Positions 25,680 through 38,180 of a stretch of DNA of 64,000 nucleotides are shown here, one piece after another. The position numbers and the translations under genes are program-made. Under the pieces are notes generated by a model, which saw only the letters and a list, made by a program, of their open reading frames with translations, had not been told where the DNA came from and made no database searches. Origin of the DNA: Eledone cirrhosa (taxonomy: Eukaryota). Where the stretch lies: the NCBI GenBank assembly GCA_964016885.1, contig OZ024743.1, positions 282,782,001 to 282,846,000 on the forward strand, in the 5' to 3' direction. How positions within the stretch are numbered: the stretch's first letter is position 1; each line of letters begins with the position of its first letter.

Positions 25680-28600
25680 TATTTTAAAATGATATATTTG
25701 GGTGTGTTTTTATTGGAGAGCGTGATTGATGTATTTTGTTACAATATGGTGGTTGAAGTTTGAATTTTATTCATAAATGTGCATATGAAAGACAAAATCA
25801 GACATGCAGTAGAGGTTTGGTTTCTTATGTCTGTATTTGACCGGTCTCTCTTTCTACGCTACATATGTGCATGCAAAATGAAATTTTAGGATTAAAATTG
25901 CTGGAATATGTACAATTGCTAAATAGGTGAGTGGAAAGTTTTACAGATATGTTTTAGACAATTTGGATGTTAAGGGATATTGAGATGTCTAACGATAATG
26001 TGAATAGAGGTAATGTATATTCATTACCAATACATAGTATCTGTTTCTTTTCATTTGGTATGTAGTTATGGTGTTTTACTTGTGATTATATGGTCATGGG
26101 TTTCATTACTGAAACAAACTGCAATGTATTCCTGAGCAAAATATACTTTCTTGCTACCTGCATAGTTTCAACATTGGAAGCAATCTTATGATTGGCACTT
26201 TTTTTAAGGTTTTAATTGTGACCAATCTAAGTTATTGAAAACTTTTGTCATTACATATGCTTCTGGTTGAAGTTGAGTGTGGGGCAGCTAGATTATATTT
26301 AGCTTTTAATCTGAAAGTGATAAGTTGGCTGGGTAGAGGAATACTTTGGTGTGAAAACAATGCATCAAGTTGGTTAGTTGTGACATGGAGTCATACTTTA
26401 GTATAAACAGTCTTCATGAATTATGCATACAGGGTAGAGATGGTCAGTTCGTACCTTTTGTTATTGACTACAGAATAGAAGACCAATTCAGTGCAGTTGA
26501 AAGTTTTATAATGAGAATGTTAGGTTGCAGGCTATTCTCAGATTTCATGATATTTCTCTGCTAGAGAACAAAGTTATCTTCAATAACCACAGCAGAAGAG
26601 GTAGACATGGGATGAGTTGTTGAAGACTGAATAGTGACATGATCGACAACATGCAGTACCAGAGATGACCTGTACAAAAGCAATATGCCCCTATAAACAC
26701 TACCTTTTCTTCATCTCCACCACCTATCTAATATATATCCTCTGTGTTGTGACTTTAGCCCTCTACTATTCTCATTGCTCTACTCCCCTACATTAACCCA
26801 CCTTTTTCCTTCATCCCTGTCCCATCATAACCCCAGTTCTCACTTGGAAATGGGCAACACTTTTCTAGTGTTGGTATGTACTTGATACATCATGAAACGG
26901 GTGTCATTCAACATGTAGCCATAGCATATGGTAAAAAGGGCTCTTCAGTCAAAACAACCTCCCTAGTGCTTGATTCTACAAAAAAAAATACACCCAGTGC
27001 ACTAAAGTGGTAGATGTTTGGAAGGGTATGATAACCTCTAATGCTAGAGCCACAATAAACTAGAAACTATAGCAAAGCTAGAATATACATGTTAAATGGG
27101 GAATAATTTCCACTGGATATGAAATCATTTTTAATCCAATGACCTGGGCAGACATGAGAGCTGACCTCAATTTGCTGAGTCTGGCAGAGATAACCAAGGA
27201 ACACAAGTGCAGATATGCTGCGCTAAGGACCTATCCAACCCATATGTGTAAAAACGATTTTTATGCTGGCATCGGATGGACTATGTTTAGTCCCATCATA
27301 TCCAATGATATTGTGTATAAAGCAGGATACACAATGATAATATTGACAATTTCATTGCTTTCATTAGTTCAAGAAAGCACAAAGGTTACTAAATTCTATC
27401 AAATCAAGTTGTTACCACATTCTTCTCCCCAGTAGAGAGGGGTGGGAAGTATGTCTGATAAATTAAATATGCTCAGATTTACAGTACATGTACAGCAGTG
27501 TACTTCTCGTCCTGTGCATTACTAAATTGAACAAGATCGGGGTATTTTATCTCCGATTTCTCAATTATACATCAATTGGTGGTAAGAAGAGCATCCAGTC
27601 ATAAATGGCATGTACAAGTGATATGTTCTCCACAAGCAGTATGGAAAAGGGGATGTAAAATTCGGATCATATTTAATTAACAGCTGCATGAATTGGGAGA
27701 GTTGTTATAGCAATAGATATAATTGCCTTGTATTATTTATTCCATTTATTGCACGCAGAGTTCAATTTCCACCAAAGTCAACTTCACCTTTGTCTTTGAG
27801 TTAATTCTCTCTCTTTTGGAATCAGCTACAGATCATCATTTTCTCCAGAAACGAAAGGGTGTGTGAGGGGCTAGCAATTTCTGAGAGAAAAACTATTATA
27901 CAGGTGGCATCATGTCATTCAGTAAATCTATCAGATTGAACCCAGAACCACATGGTTACAGTGAAAACTTCATAATCACATTAAACACTCAAAACTAATT
28001 CTGCTCCTCGCTAGTTATACTACCACCATGTAAAATTTCTATTCCTCCTATATCAATACTAAGTTTTATGCCAACCAATGTAGAACTTCTTGTAGGATCT
28101 TCTATGGCCAGCTACACCATGTCAATGCCTGCTTAGAGAGGACCTACAGAGACATTGGCAGATTTTAAGAGGGCTATTAAAATATAACAGCAGTAGCTCA
28201 ATAGAATTTTGAGATCAGATGAAATGATTTGTAGCATTTGATATGGCTCTTTGGAATTCAAATTCAAAACCTAGTTGCCTACACACCACCACCTGACCCT
28301 TAGTCTTGAAAGTTTTGGGGCCATGTCGCTGGATAGAGGACATCTTTCCTACCACTCTCAGACTAAATAAAATGTTACTTACATCACTTCAAGTAGGGTG
28401 ATGACTATTCATTGATGAAATCACCATAAGTCTAAACATCTGCTGATATTCAATTTCTTACAGAAAAATATTGTCCTTTCCACATTAGCATGGGTTAGAC
28501 AGGTTGTCCCATTTGAGACTAGTTGGGTCAGGTGACTGTTTCTTGCTCATATGGAACGCAAAGCAAATTTTCAGTGTGCTTTCTGTCGTGACACCTACAC

Positions 28601-29780
28601 AACCACTTTACAGTATATTTCTAGTTAGACATGTACAATTTCTAACATAGTAATTTGGTGGGAGGACATCGAAAGGCAAAGTTGTCCTGTAAAACGTAAC
28701 ATACTTGTAAAAAATAGTACTTTGTTCAATTCCTAAACAATTCTATTTCGCCACTCCACATGCACTAATTGTAAAATACAAACATTCTTCTCATTACAAG
28801 CCCAAAATACCTTGTATTCTCAAAATTTGATAGCAAACTGTTGCTGGTACTACAAATCCAAACTTTGTTTTTAAACATTCAAATATATGTAAATATTTTC
28901 CATTATAATTTTATCTAAGAACCTACATGCTCCAAACACCAGTTTAATGAGAAAATTATATTACTAAATCCTTGATTATTTTCAAAACTTGTCTTCTATT
29001 AATATAACTTCTTTTGTTCTAGACTAAAGTCAAACTGCTCCAGAGTTATCACTTAAGTATTTATCCCTTTGAAAATACCTGTGTCACACTCCCTACCTCC
29101 ATCTCAAATGTAATGTCAACATGCATCTTGGGCACTTTGTGATCTCTTCCAGAAAGAGAAAGTTAGATTAATATGGATATGGTACTGGACTAGTACATTT
29201 TAATCGACCACAAAGGAATGAACAAAGATTACCTTGGTGAGATTTGATCTGATTGAGCCAGAATAAATACGGCAAAGCAGTTTATTTGACGTTCTAACAA
29301 CTTTGCTCATTCACCATATTATATCTCTTTATATGACAAGCAGTATAGCACCTGTAGACAAATCTCCCAGAAAGCTTACATTCCTGCAATTCACCCCTTG
29401 TAGAATTTCACTTGTACAATAGCTTCTGAATTAGCTGCATTCCATCATACAGGAACACTCATCCTTCAAGTTTTCCTCCAACAGACTTCAGCTCTCTGGA
29501 ATTTACCCACAAACATGGAACTAAATGAAGTCATTTTATACATCCATCCATACTTTATTGCTTCAACAACATTGTGAAGACAAAGGTCACAGGAACTTCC
29601 TCTCCACTCACATATCAAGGAACTTTCTCCACAACCAGGCATTTACATAATTAATTAAGAGCTATACAATTGAGAAACATTTAAGATCTTCACAATTACT
29701 CTGTGGTTTGCTGGTGTTGAACCAATAAAATTTAAAAACAAAACTGGATGTGTTCAGAGCAACTTATTGCATATAACTTT

Positions 29781-29885
29781 TTATTTCTTTACAACTGTTT
29801 TGGGCTTAGATTTGAGTTTGAGTTTTTTATCAGCCTTCTGCTTCTTTTTGAGTTTCTTAAATTCTTGACTGACAATTCTATTTCT
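29781..29885 (-). CDS. RPL14: RPL14 coding exon 5 (terminal, Lys-rich tail)
   Basis: RNRIVSQEFKKLKKKQKADKKLKLKSKPKTVVKK-TAA. Acceptor ttttccag|, AATAAA overlaps the stop codon. Confidence 0.93.
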   Translation of the reverse strand, partial: RNRIVSQEFKKLKKKQKADKKLKLKSKPKTVVKK

Positions 29886-30034
29886 CTGGAAAAGGAAAAA
29901 AGAAATTGTTATTTTTTTATGAATAATAAAAGAATTGTTAATTCCTTTATCTAAGAAATATTATAAAACTAGAGACGAAAATAAATTTGTAAGACAAATT
30001 ATAGTTAAGATTAATAAATAAAAACATATCTTAC

Positions 30035-30088
30035 TGCTTGCTTAGCTCGCATCAATTTAAATCGGTCAAAATCTGTCATCTTTGCTCG
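30035..30088 (-). CDS. RPL14: RPL14 coding exon 4
   Basis: RAKMTDFDRFKLMRAKQA (the eL14 DFDRFK motif). Acceptor ttcttgcag|, donor |GTAAGA. Confidence 0.96.
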
Positions 30089-30356
30089 CTGCAAGAAGAA
30101 AGAATATATAAGATTATAGTTCTACCCCAATTGTTCACATAGCCAACCATATTTTCTAAATGATGCAATACATATACATCTAATTAGAAAATTGGATAAT
30201 TTGAAAATAGCTAATTACCACTACCAATATTTTATGGTCAAACTTCTGTTTTTAAACAAAGCCGATGTCATTTTTCAAAACTCCAAGGTTAGATGGTGAG
30301 TGAATGTTTTGGGCTTAGATTTGATAAACATATATAAACTGAATATGATTTCACTA

Positions 30357-30430
30357 ATTAGATTACTCAGATTTGAAGATCATCGTCATAACAATTCAGA
30401 CGGCACTTCCAAGTATCATCATGTTCTAAT
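30357..30430 (-). ncRNA. SNORD49: Box C/D snoRNA, U49/SNORD49-like, copy 1 (RPL14 intron 3)
   Basis: attagaac-ATGATGA-tactt-GGAAGTGCCGT-CTGA(D')-attgtt-ATGACGA(C')-tgatcttcaaat-CTGA-gtaa-tctaat. Terminal stem attaga/tctaat. Guide matches my recollection of the U49 antisense element. Confidence 0.85.
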
Positions 30431-30774
30431 AAGATTTAATCATATTTCTAAAATAGTATTTTGCTACATGATTGACTGTAAGCATTCATGTATGTTTGAG
30501 ACAATCTCACCTTTAACTAGAACAGCAATGAAATAATGTCCTACCACCAAACCCTCCCTGAATCTTAATTTCATTTTGATTCTTGAAAAAACTAGATTAT
30601 CTGAAAGTTATATTTCGTGACTCTTCTTAAAGAATCTCGGAGGAGAATTTACTAAAATTATTAATTACAAATAAGATAAATAGTATGTACAGATTAGTTG
30701 TTATATTTTCAAACTGCTAATCATAATCATAGCTATAATAACCAAATGTTTTATCATCCATGACTTTGCAAATA

Positions 30775-30848
30775 AATTAAACTCAGAGTAGAAAGTTTGT
30801 CTTCCTATGAATTCAGACGGCACTTCCATATTTCATCATGTTCTAATT
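30775..30848 (-). ncRNA. SNORD49: U49/SNORD49-like snoRNA copy 2
   Basis: ATGATGA-aatat-GGAAGTGCCGT-CTGA-attcataggaagacaaactttctact-CTGA with a terminal stem. Confidence 0.83.
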
Positions 30849-31866
30849 AGATTTATATACCACATACCACCCACACAATAGAACTGCACTCCCATATCAT
30901 TAAATCCTTTGATACTAATCTAGCCAAAACCGGCTCTATTGCTCTGAATGAAACAAAAATCACCCATTTTGAAGAATTCCTATTTGAAATAAAATCTGAC
31001 AATTTTATATCAAAATCATGCCAAGTTACTAAAGAGAGAGAGAGAGAATAAGTGTGTTCGTTCATTGGTCTGATGCCATATCTAACAACATATAAAAATA
31101 GAATTATGGGTGGAGGAGTATAAAGAAAAAAATGGAACGGCCATACGCGCACACGCCCAAAAGTAGTAGTTGTCTGCTTTTGAATAAAGTTTGTCTTCCA
31201 TTTTTTCCCCCAGCCAATACTATATAGATCAAAATATCCTTTTTCTCAAATTTCCACTTTACTTAATACTATATTTTGTATTTAAATTGTTTTAGCTAAA
31301 TGCAAGCATGAGAGAAAGTAAAAGATACATAGATTAAATAGAGCGAAAAGGCAGAGTGAGAGCTAGTTACGCGCATGTCATTATTGTCTGCTGAGAAATA
31401 ACACAAATACTTAGCAGTGTCTTTATCTGGCTATTTGAGAGACCAAATAATTTCGTTGTGTCACAATTTCTAAACTAATTCGAATACCGATCAAAGGGAA
31501 AGAATTGGGGCAAAACCTTCCATATGCTTTGACTAAAATTCATCTGTGAAGTTTTGATTGTAGACAATATTTCTCAGTTGCTACACTTCTAATGGTCTAC
31601 AAGATGCCACAGATTAACCCAGGGCCACACATGGTTGCAAAATGATATCCTTTACAGTCGTGGATACGTCTATATATAAATCAGTATAATCACGGAAAAG
31701 CAATGAGAGATTCTACATGCATTCAGTCCTTGGTTATATTTCAAGATAATTTATAAAACATCTCATAACCCACACAAGGAGTGTTCTAGTCTAGTCTAAA
31801 ATAAAGACAGCATCGTTCATTTATCCCCACACCCCCTTAAAAAATATGCAAGAACTAAATCAGCCA

Positions 31867-31944
31867 TCAGTCTCAGATTTGAAGGTTGTCATCCAAGAAA
31901 TTCAGACGGCACTTCCATGTTTCATCACGTTCTAATTTGACTGA
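31867..31944 (-). ncRNA. SNORD49: U49/SNORD49-like snoRNA copy 3
   Basis: GTGATGA-aacat-GGAAGTGCCGT-CTGA-atttctt-GGATGA-caaccttcaaat-CTGA with a flanking tcagtc/gactga stem. Confidence 0.83.
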
Positions 31945-32545
31945 ATATACTTTGTATATAACTATATAATTACACACGCATATATTTGTGTGCGTGTGTA
32001 TATATATATACATACACAAAAAGCATTTGATGAGTATATTGTTGTATAACTATGCTAAAAGAAAATGGCATATGAACCAAAAAAAAAAAAAAAAAAAAAA
32101 TTTATTTTCTTGGGTTTATTGTTGCAATGTTAAGAAAAACACAATGACATATATGGGTGCACAACCTTTCCTACCATGTATGTTCTCTAAAATGCATTTT
32201 ATAGTGTTCTCTAGACTTATCTTTTCCCATGTTTCTGATGAATTATGCTATTTGAAGAATTTGAGATTTACTGAATTTATCAATTTCTTAAGATGGTATA
32301 ACTCGACAAGTTTCTTAAATCAACTGGATGAATTGTGAGGGTTTAAATCTAAATAGGACCTCTTTAAAAATAGGTTTGTTTCATAGAACCAGAGGAAGTT
32401 TTGGCAATGACATAAACGTTAGTCTTTCAAAATTTTAAAAGACTCAAAATTGTAATTTTATCAACTAATTATAGTTATAGATAAAATAACTAAAAAGAAT
32501 AAAACAACTGTTTTAACCTATGTGTTCAATCAACCAATAATGTAA

Positions 32546-32618
32546 ATTAGACATTCAGATTTGAAGGTTGTCTTCCCAAGGGTTCAGACGGCACTTCCAT
32601 GTTTCATCACGTTCTAAT
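32546..32618 (-). ncRNA. SNORD49: U49/SNORD49-like snoRNA copy 4
   Basis: attagaac-GTGATGA-aacat-GGAAGTGCCGT-CTGA-acccttgggaagacaaccttcaaat-CTGA-atg-tctaat. Confidence 0.83.
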
Positions 32619-33108
32619 TTGACTCGATATACTTTGTATATAACTATATAATTACACACGCATATATTTGTGTGCGTGTGTATATATACATACACAAAAA
32701 TCATTTGATGAGTATATTGTTTGTATGAAATGAAATAAAGTATTAAACAAGATGGGGATTTGAGCAAAAGGATATTTTCATATCTGACCACAAGTTATGT
32801 TGTACTTTTGATAAAGTCATGCAAGAAAATGCTAGCATATAACAAATAAATTTTATTTAGTTGCAGAGTTTTCAGAGTTGACATATTCCCCTGAATATGG
32901 ATATAGCGTGTATATCATCATTTTACGTCCGCTTTTCCCTGCTTGCATGAGCTGCGCCAGCAGTGACAATTGTAGTTTCGCCTATGGATATTATCTCTGT
33001 GCAAAAAAGTGTTGAAATTTATTGTTCCACAGTACTTGCGCAACGCGCGCGTAGACGATGCCAGCCGAACAACAGAGCTGCGATGGAGTTGTTCTGCATG
33101 GTTGTCTG

Positions 33109-33523
33109 TGTGTTTTCTAAATTTAAGACAGTAGGGAGGGTTGTGATATGAGGGAGAGTTAGCTGTTGTTTCTAGCAGGTTTAGTGACCTCATAGAGGAT
33201 ATGTGTTTTCTAAATTTAAGACAGTAGGGAGTGGTGTGATATGGGGGAGAGTTAGCTGCTGTTTCTAGCAGGTATAGTGACCTCATAGAAGATATGTTTT
33301 CTAAATTTAAGACAGTAGGGAGGGGTGTGATATGGGAGACAGTTAGCTGCTGTTTCTAGCAGGTTTAGTAACCTCATAGACGATGTTTTCTAAATTTAAG
33401 ACAGTAGGGAGTGGTGTGGGGAGGAGTGTGATATGGGGGAGAGTTAGCTGCTGTTTCTAGCAAGTTTAGTAACCTCATAGAGGATATGCGTTTTCTAAAT
33501 TTAAGACAGTAGGGAGTGGTGTG
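33109..33523. repeat. Minisatellite of ~90-105-bp units (about 4.5 copies)
   Basis: ttttctaaatttaagacagtagggag...gtttctagcagg...cctcatagaggatat starting at 33113, 33206, 33297, 33386 and 33491. The unit resembles a dispersed repeat also seen near 3590, 19975 and 20220. Confidence 0.9.
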
Positions 33524-33889
33524 AACGGACAGTATTACCATCAAGCTTGTAAAGAGAAAGTATGAAGTTGTATAGATTTTGAATGGTAGTAGAAAGAGTT
33601 CAGCAGTTTAAAAGAGAGAAAAATCGTAAAATATTGAGTTTTATCTATTTTTTGCGTAATTGTGGGTGAAATTGAAAAAATTATCTGCGTCAAGACGCAA
33701 TCGAAACTATTTCGAATACTGAATTGTAAATTTCAATTGAAGAAATTCTATATCGTAGATTTCTATAATGAAGGAGCATGACCACACACTGAGATTTATA
33801 GATTACGATAACTAATAGTTATAGATAAAATAACCAAAAAGAATAAAACAACTGTTTTAACCTATGTGATCAATCAACCAATAATGTAA

Positions 33890-33962
33890 ATTAGACATTC
33901 AGATTTGAAGGTTGTCTTCCCATGGGTTCAGACGGCACTTCCATATTTCATCACGTTCTAAT
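33890..33962 (-). ncRNA. SNORD49: U49/SNORD49-like snoRNA copy 5
   Basis: Same boxes, guide and attaga/tctaat stem as copy 4, with two substitutions. Confidence 0.83.
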
Positions 33963-35016
33963 TAGATTTACTTAATATACACACAAATATATATATATAT
34001 ATATCAACATCATTAAATGTCTATTTTTCCATAATTGCATGGGTTAAATGGGCTGTTTCAAGTCTGGCTAGTTGGCAGTGCCGTACCCTACTCACAGAGG
34101 AACCCTATTTTGGGAGCTGGGTGGTCACATTATGCGGGAATTGGGAATTCTGGCCAGTTGACTGTGCCATGTCTTGTTCATAGTGGGACCGTGTTTTTAT
34201 GGCTGCAGGATGCCCTTCCTGCTACCAACCACGTTTAGTGTGGTATATATAAAATATAAACTCTAACTGAAATAACTTCAGCATGCACCCAGATATTGTG
34301 CATTCATTTGTTTCTATATCTAGTTATAGCAGATGGGAATCTGACAAAAAGGATATTTTCATATCTGACAAGTTATCCTTTGCACTTTGTATAAAACCAT
34401 GCAAGAAAAATGCTAGCATATAATCAATTTAAAAATACTGTCATGAATTTTATTTAGAGCTGACACAAATATATATACACATACACAAAAAGCATTTGAT
34501 GAGTATATTGTTGTATAACTATGCTAAAAGAAAATGGCATGATATGAACGAAAAAAAAAAAAAAAAAAACTATTTTCTTGGGTTTATTGTTGCAATGTTA
34601 AGAAAAACACAATGACATATATGGGTGCACAACCTTTCCTACCATGTATGTTCTCTAAAATGCATTTTATAGTGTTCTCTAGACTTATCTTTTCCCATGT
34701 TTCTGATGAATTATGCTATTTGAAGAATTTGAGATTTACTGAATTTATCAATTTCTTAAGATGGTATAACTCGACAAGTTTCTTAAATCAACTGGATGAA
34801 TTGTGAGGGTTTAAATCTAAATAGGACCTCTTTAAAAATAGGTTTGTTTCATAGAACCAGAGGAAGTTTTGGCAATGACATAAACGTTAGTCTTTCAAAA
34901 TTTTAAAAGACTCAAAATTGTAATTTTATCAACAACTAATTATAGTTATAGATAAAATAACTAAAAAGAATAAAACAACTGTTTTAACCTATGTGTTCAA
35001 TCAACCAATAATGTAA

Positions 35017-35089
35017 ATTAGACATTCAGATTTGAAGGTTGTCTTCCCATGGGTTCAGACGGCACTTCCATGTTTCATCACGTTCTAAT
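35017..35089 (-). ncRNA. SNORD49: U49/SNORD49-like snoRNA copy 6
   Basis: Duplicate of copy 4 at +2471. Boxes C, D', D and guide intact. Confidence 0.8.
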
Positions 35090-35578
35090 TTGACTCGATA
35101 TACTTTGTATATAACTATATAATTACACACGCATATATTTGTGTGCGTGTGTATATATACATACACAAAAATCATTTGATGAGTATATTGTTTGTATGAA
35201 ATGAAATAAAGTATTAAACAAGATGGGGATTTGAGCAAAAGGATATTTTCATATCTGACCACAAGTTATGTTGTACTTTTGATAAAGTCATGCAAGAAAA
35301 TGCTAGCATATAACAAATAAATTTTATTTAGTTGCAGAGTTTTCAGAGTTGACATATTCCCCTGAATATGGATATAGCGTGTATATCATCATTTTACGTC
35401 CGCTTTTCCCTGCTTGCATGAGCTGCGCCAGCAGTGACAATTGTAGTTTCGCCTATGGATATTATCTCTGTGCAAAAGTGTTGAAATTTATTGTTTCACA
35501 GTACTTGCGCAACGCACGCGTAGACGATGCCAGCCGAACAACAGAGCTGCGATGGAGTTGTTCTGCATGGTTGTCTGT

Positions 35579-35993
35579 GTGTTTTCTAAATTTAAGACAG
35601 TAGGGAGAGTTGTGATATGAGGGAGAGTTAGCTGTTGTTTCTAGCAGGTTTAGTGACCTCATAGAGGATATGTGTTTTCTAAATTTAAGACAGTAGGGAG
35701 TGGTGTGATATGGGGGAGAGTTAGCTGCTGTTTCTAGCAGGTATAGTGACCTCATAGAAGATATGTTTTCTAAATTTAAGACAGTAGGGAGGGGTGTGAT
35801 ATGGGAGACAGTTAGCTGCTGTTTCTAGCAGGTTTAGTAACCTCATAGACGATGTTTTCTAAATTTAAGACAGTAGGGAGTGGTGTGGGGAGGAGTGTGA
35901 TATGGGGGAGAGTTAGCTGCTGTTTCTAGCAAGTTTAGTAACCTCATAGAGGATATGCGTTTTCTAAATTTAAGACAGTAGGGAGTGGTGTGA
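35579..35993. repeat. Second copy of the ~90-105-bp minisatellite (inside the duplication)
   Basis: Same array as 33109-33523. Confidence 0.9.
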
Positions 35994-36360
35994 ACGGACA
36001 GTATTACCATCAAGCTTGTAAAGAGAAAGTATGAAGTTGTATAGATTTTGAATGGTAGTAGAAAGAGTTCAGCAGTTTAAATGAGAGAGAAAAATCGTAA
36101 AATATTGAGTTTTATCTATTTTTTGCGTAATTGTGGGTGAAATTGAAAAAATTATCTGCGTCAAGACGCAATCGAAACTATTTCGAATACTGAATTGTAA
36201 ATTTCAATTGAAGAAATTCTATATCGTAGATTTCTATAATGAATGAGCATGACCACACACTGAGCTTTATAGATTACGATAACTAATAGTTATAGATAAA
36301 ATAACCAAAAAGAATAAAACAACTGTTTTAACCTATGTGATCAATCAACCAATAATGTAA

Positions 36361-36433
36361 ATTAGACATTCAGATTTGAAGGTTGTCTTCCCATGGGTTC
36401 AGACGGCACTTCCATGTTTCATCACGTTCTAAT
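36361..36433 (-). ncRNA. SNORD49: U49/SNORD49-like snoRNA copy 7
   Basis: Duplicate of copy 5 at +2471. Boxes and guide intact. Confidence 0.8.
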
Positions 36434-37441
36434 TAGATTTACTTAATATACACACAAATATATATATATATATATCAACATCATTAAATGTCTATTTTTC
36501 CATAATTGCATGGGTTAAATGGGCTGTTTCAAGTCTGGCTAGTTGGCAGTGCCGTACCCTACTCACAGAGGAACCCTATTTTGGGAGCTGGGTGGTCACA
36601 TTATGCGGGAATTGGGAATTCTGGCCAGTTGACTGTGCCATGTCTTGTTCATAGTGGGACCGTGTTTTTATGGCTGCAGGATGCCCTTCCTGCTACCAAC
36701 CACGTTTAGTGTGGTATATATAAAATATAAACTCTAACTGAAATAACTTCAGCATGCACCCAGATATTGTGCATTCATTTGTTTCTATATCTAGTTATAG
36801 CAGATGGGAATCTGACAAAAAGGATATTTTCATATCTGACAAGTTATCCTTTGCACTTTGTATAAAACCATGCAAGAAAAATGCTAGCATATAATCAATT
36901 TAAAAATACTGTCATGAATTTTATTTAGAGCTGACACAAATATATATACACATACACAAAAAGCATTTGATGAGTATATTGTTGTATAACTATGCTAAAA
37001 GAAAATGGCATGATATGAACGAAAAAAAAAAAAAAAAAAACTATTTTCTTGGGTTTATTGTTGCAATGTTAAGAAAAACACAATGACATATATGGGTGCA
37101 CAACCTTTCCTACCATGTATGTTCTCTAAAATGCATTTTATAGTGTTCTCTAGACTTATCTTTTCCCATGTTTCTGATGAATTATGCTATTTGAAGAATT
37201 TGAGATTTACTGAATTTATCAATTTCTTAAGATGGTATAACTCGACAAGTTTCTTAAATCAACTGGATGAATTGTGAGAGTTTAAATCTAAATAGGACCT
37301 CTTTAAAAATAGGTTTGTTTCATAGAACCAGAGGAAGTTTTGGCAATGACATAAACGTTACTAATTATAGTTATAGATAAAATAACTAAAAAGAATAAAA
37401 CAACTGTTTTAACCTATGTGTTCAATCAACCAATAATGTAA

Positions 37442-37514
37442 ATTAGACATTCAGATTTGAAGGTTGTCTTCCCAAGGGTTCAGACGGCACTTCCATGTTT
37501 CATCACGTTCTAAT
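37442..37514 (-). ncRNA. SNORD49: U49/SNORD49-like snoRNA copy 8
   Basis: Body identical to copy 4. Boxes, guide and terminal stem intact. Confidence 0.83.
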
Positions 37515-38150
37515 TAGATTTACTAAATATACACACAAATACATATATAAAATAAAAACCTTGACTGAAATAACTCCAGCACTGATGATACAATATACTA
37601 AGCAATAAAAATGTTAGCTAGTATCCAGTTGAGCCATTCATTGGTTTCTTTATCTAGTTGTCACAGATGCTTATATTGACCAATCAAATCATCACTGTTT
37701 AACATTCATTTTTCCATGTTAGCATGGGTTAGACGAGTTGTCCTGTTATGAGTCAGGTCAGGTATCATGTCTTTGGTTTTATGGCTGGATGCCCTTCTCA
37801 ATGCCAACCACATTTACAGCAGCTTTATAACAAATAACAGGACCAGTTCATGTGGAACAAAATAACTGCCAACAATATTAGAATGGGAACACTGTATCCC
37901 TGCATGTCCTAACAAGTAACTAAAAGGGTTGGTGTCAGGAAGGGCTGTAAAACATTGCTTGAAAATATCCTATCCATCCAACCCATGCCAGCATGGATGA
38001 TATGAGCTTTATAGTTTCCACCTACCAAATTTATAGATTTATTGGTTGGCTCAAGTAGAAGACAGCGAAGGTGTTATGCATCATACATACAATAATTGAA
38101 TGCAAAGACTATGACTTGTTCATCTTCTCTTCATTAAAAGATAAACCAAC

Positions 38151-38180
38151 TAATTAGACATTCAGATTGCATTCTAATTA
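38151..38180 (-). pseudogene. Internally deleted remnant of a U49-like snoRNA copy
   Basis: taattagacattcagatt-gca-ttctaatta. Both ends of the snoRNA unit (D box and stem halves) are present, while the guide and C box are deleted. Flanks resemble those of the intact copies. Confidence 0.55.

Larger units (their letters stand above)
32005..37545. repeat. Recent tandem segmental duplication, 2,471-bp period (two full units plus a partial third)
   Basis: Identical or near-identical ORF-track entries recur at +2471 (32555/35026, 34035/36506, 34612/37083). Only scattered substitutions and indels by eye. Confidence 0.93.

Noticed and set aside
33109-33523. Repeated ORFs (MRSLYLLETAANSPP...) and CRISPR-like periodicity
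   Set aside because: Minisatellite of a dispersed repeat inside an intron, with no spacers or splice signals
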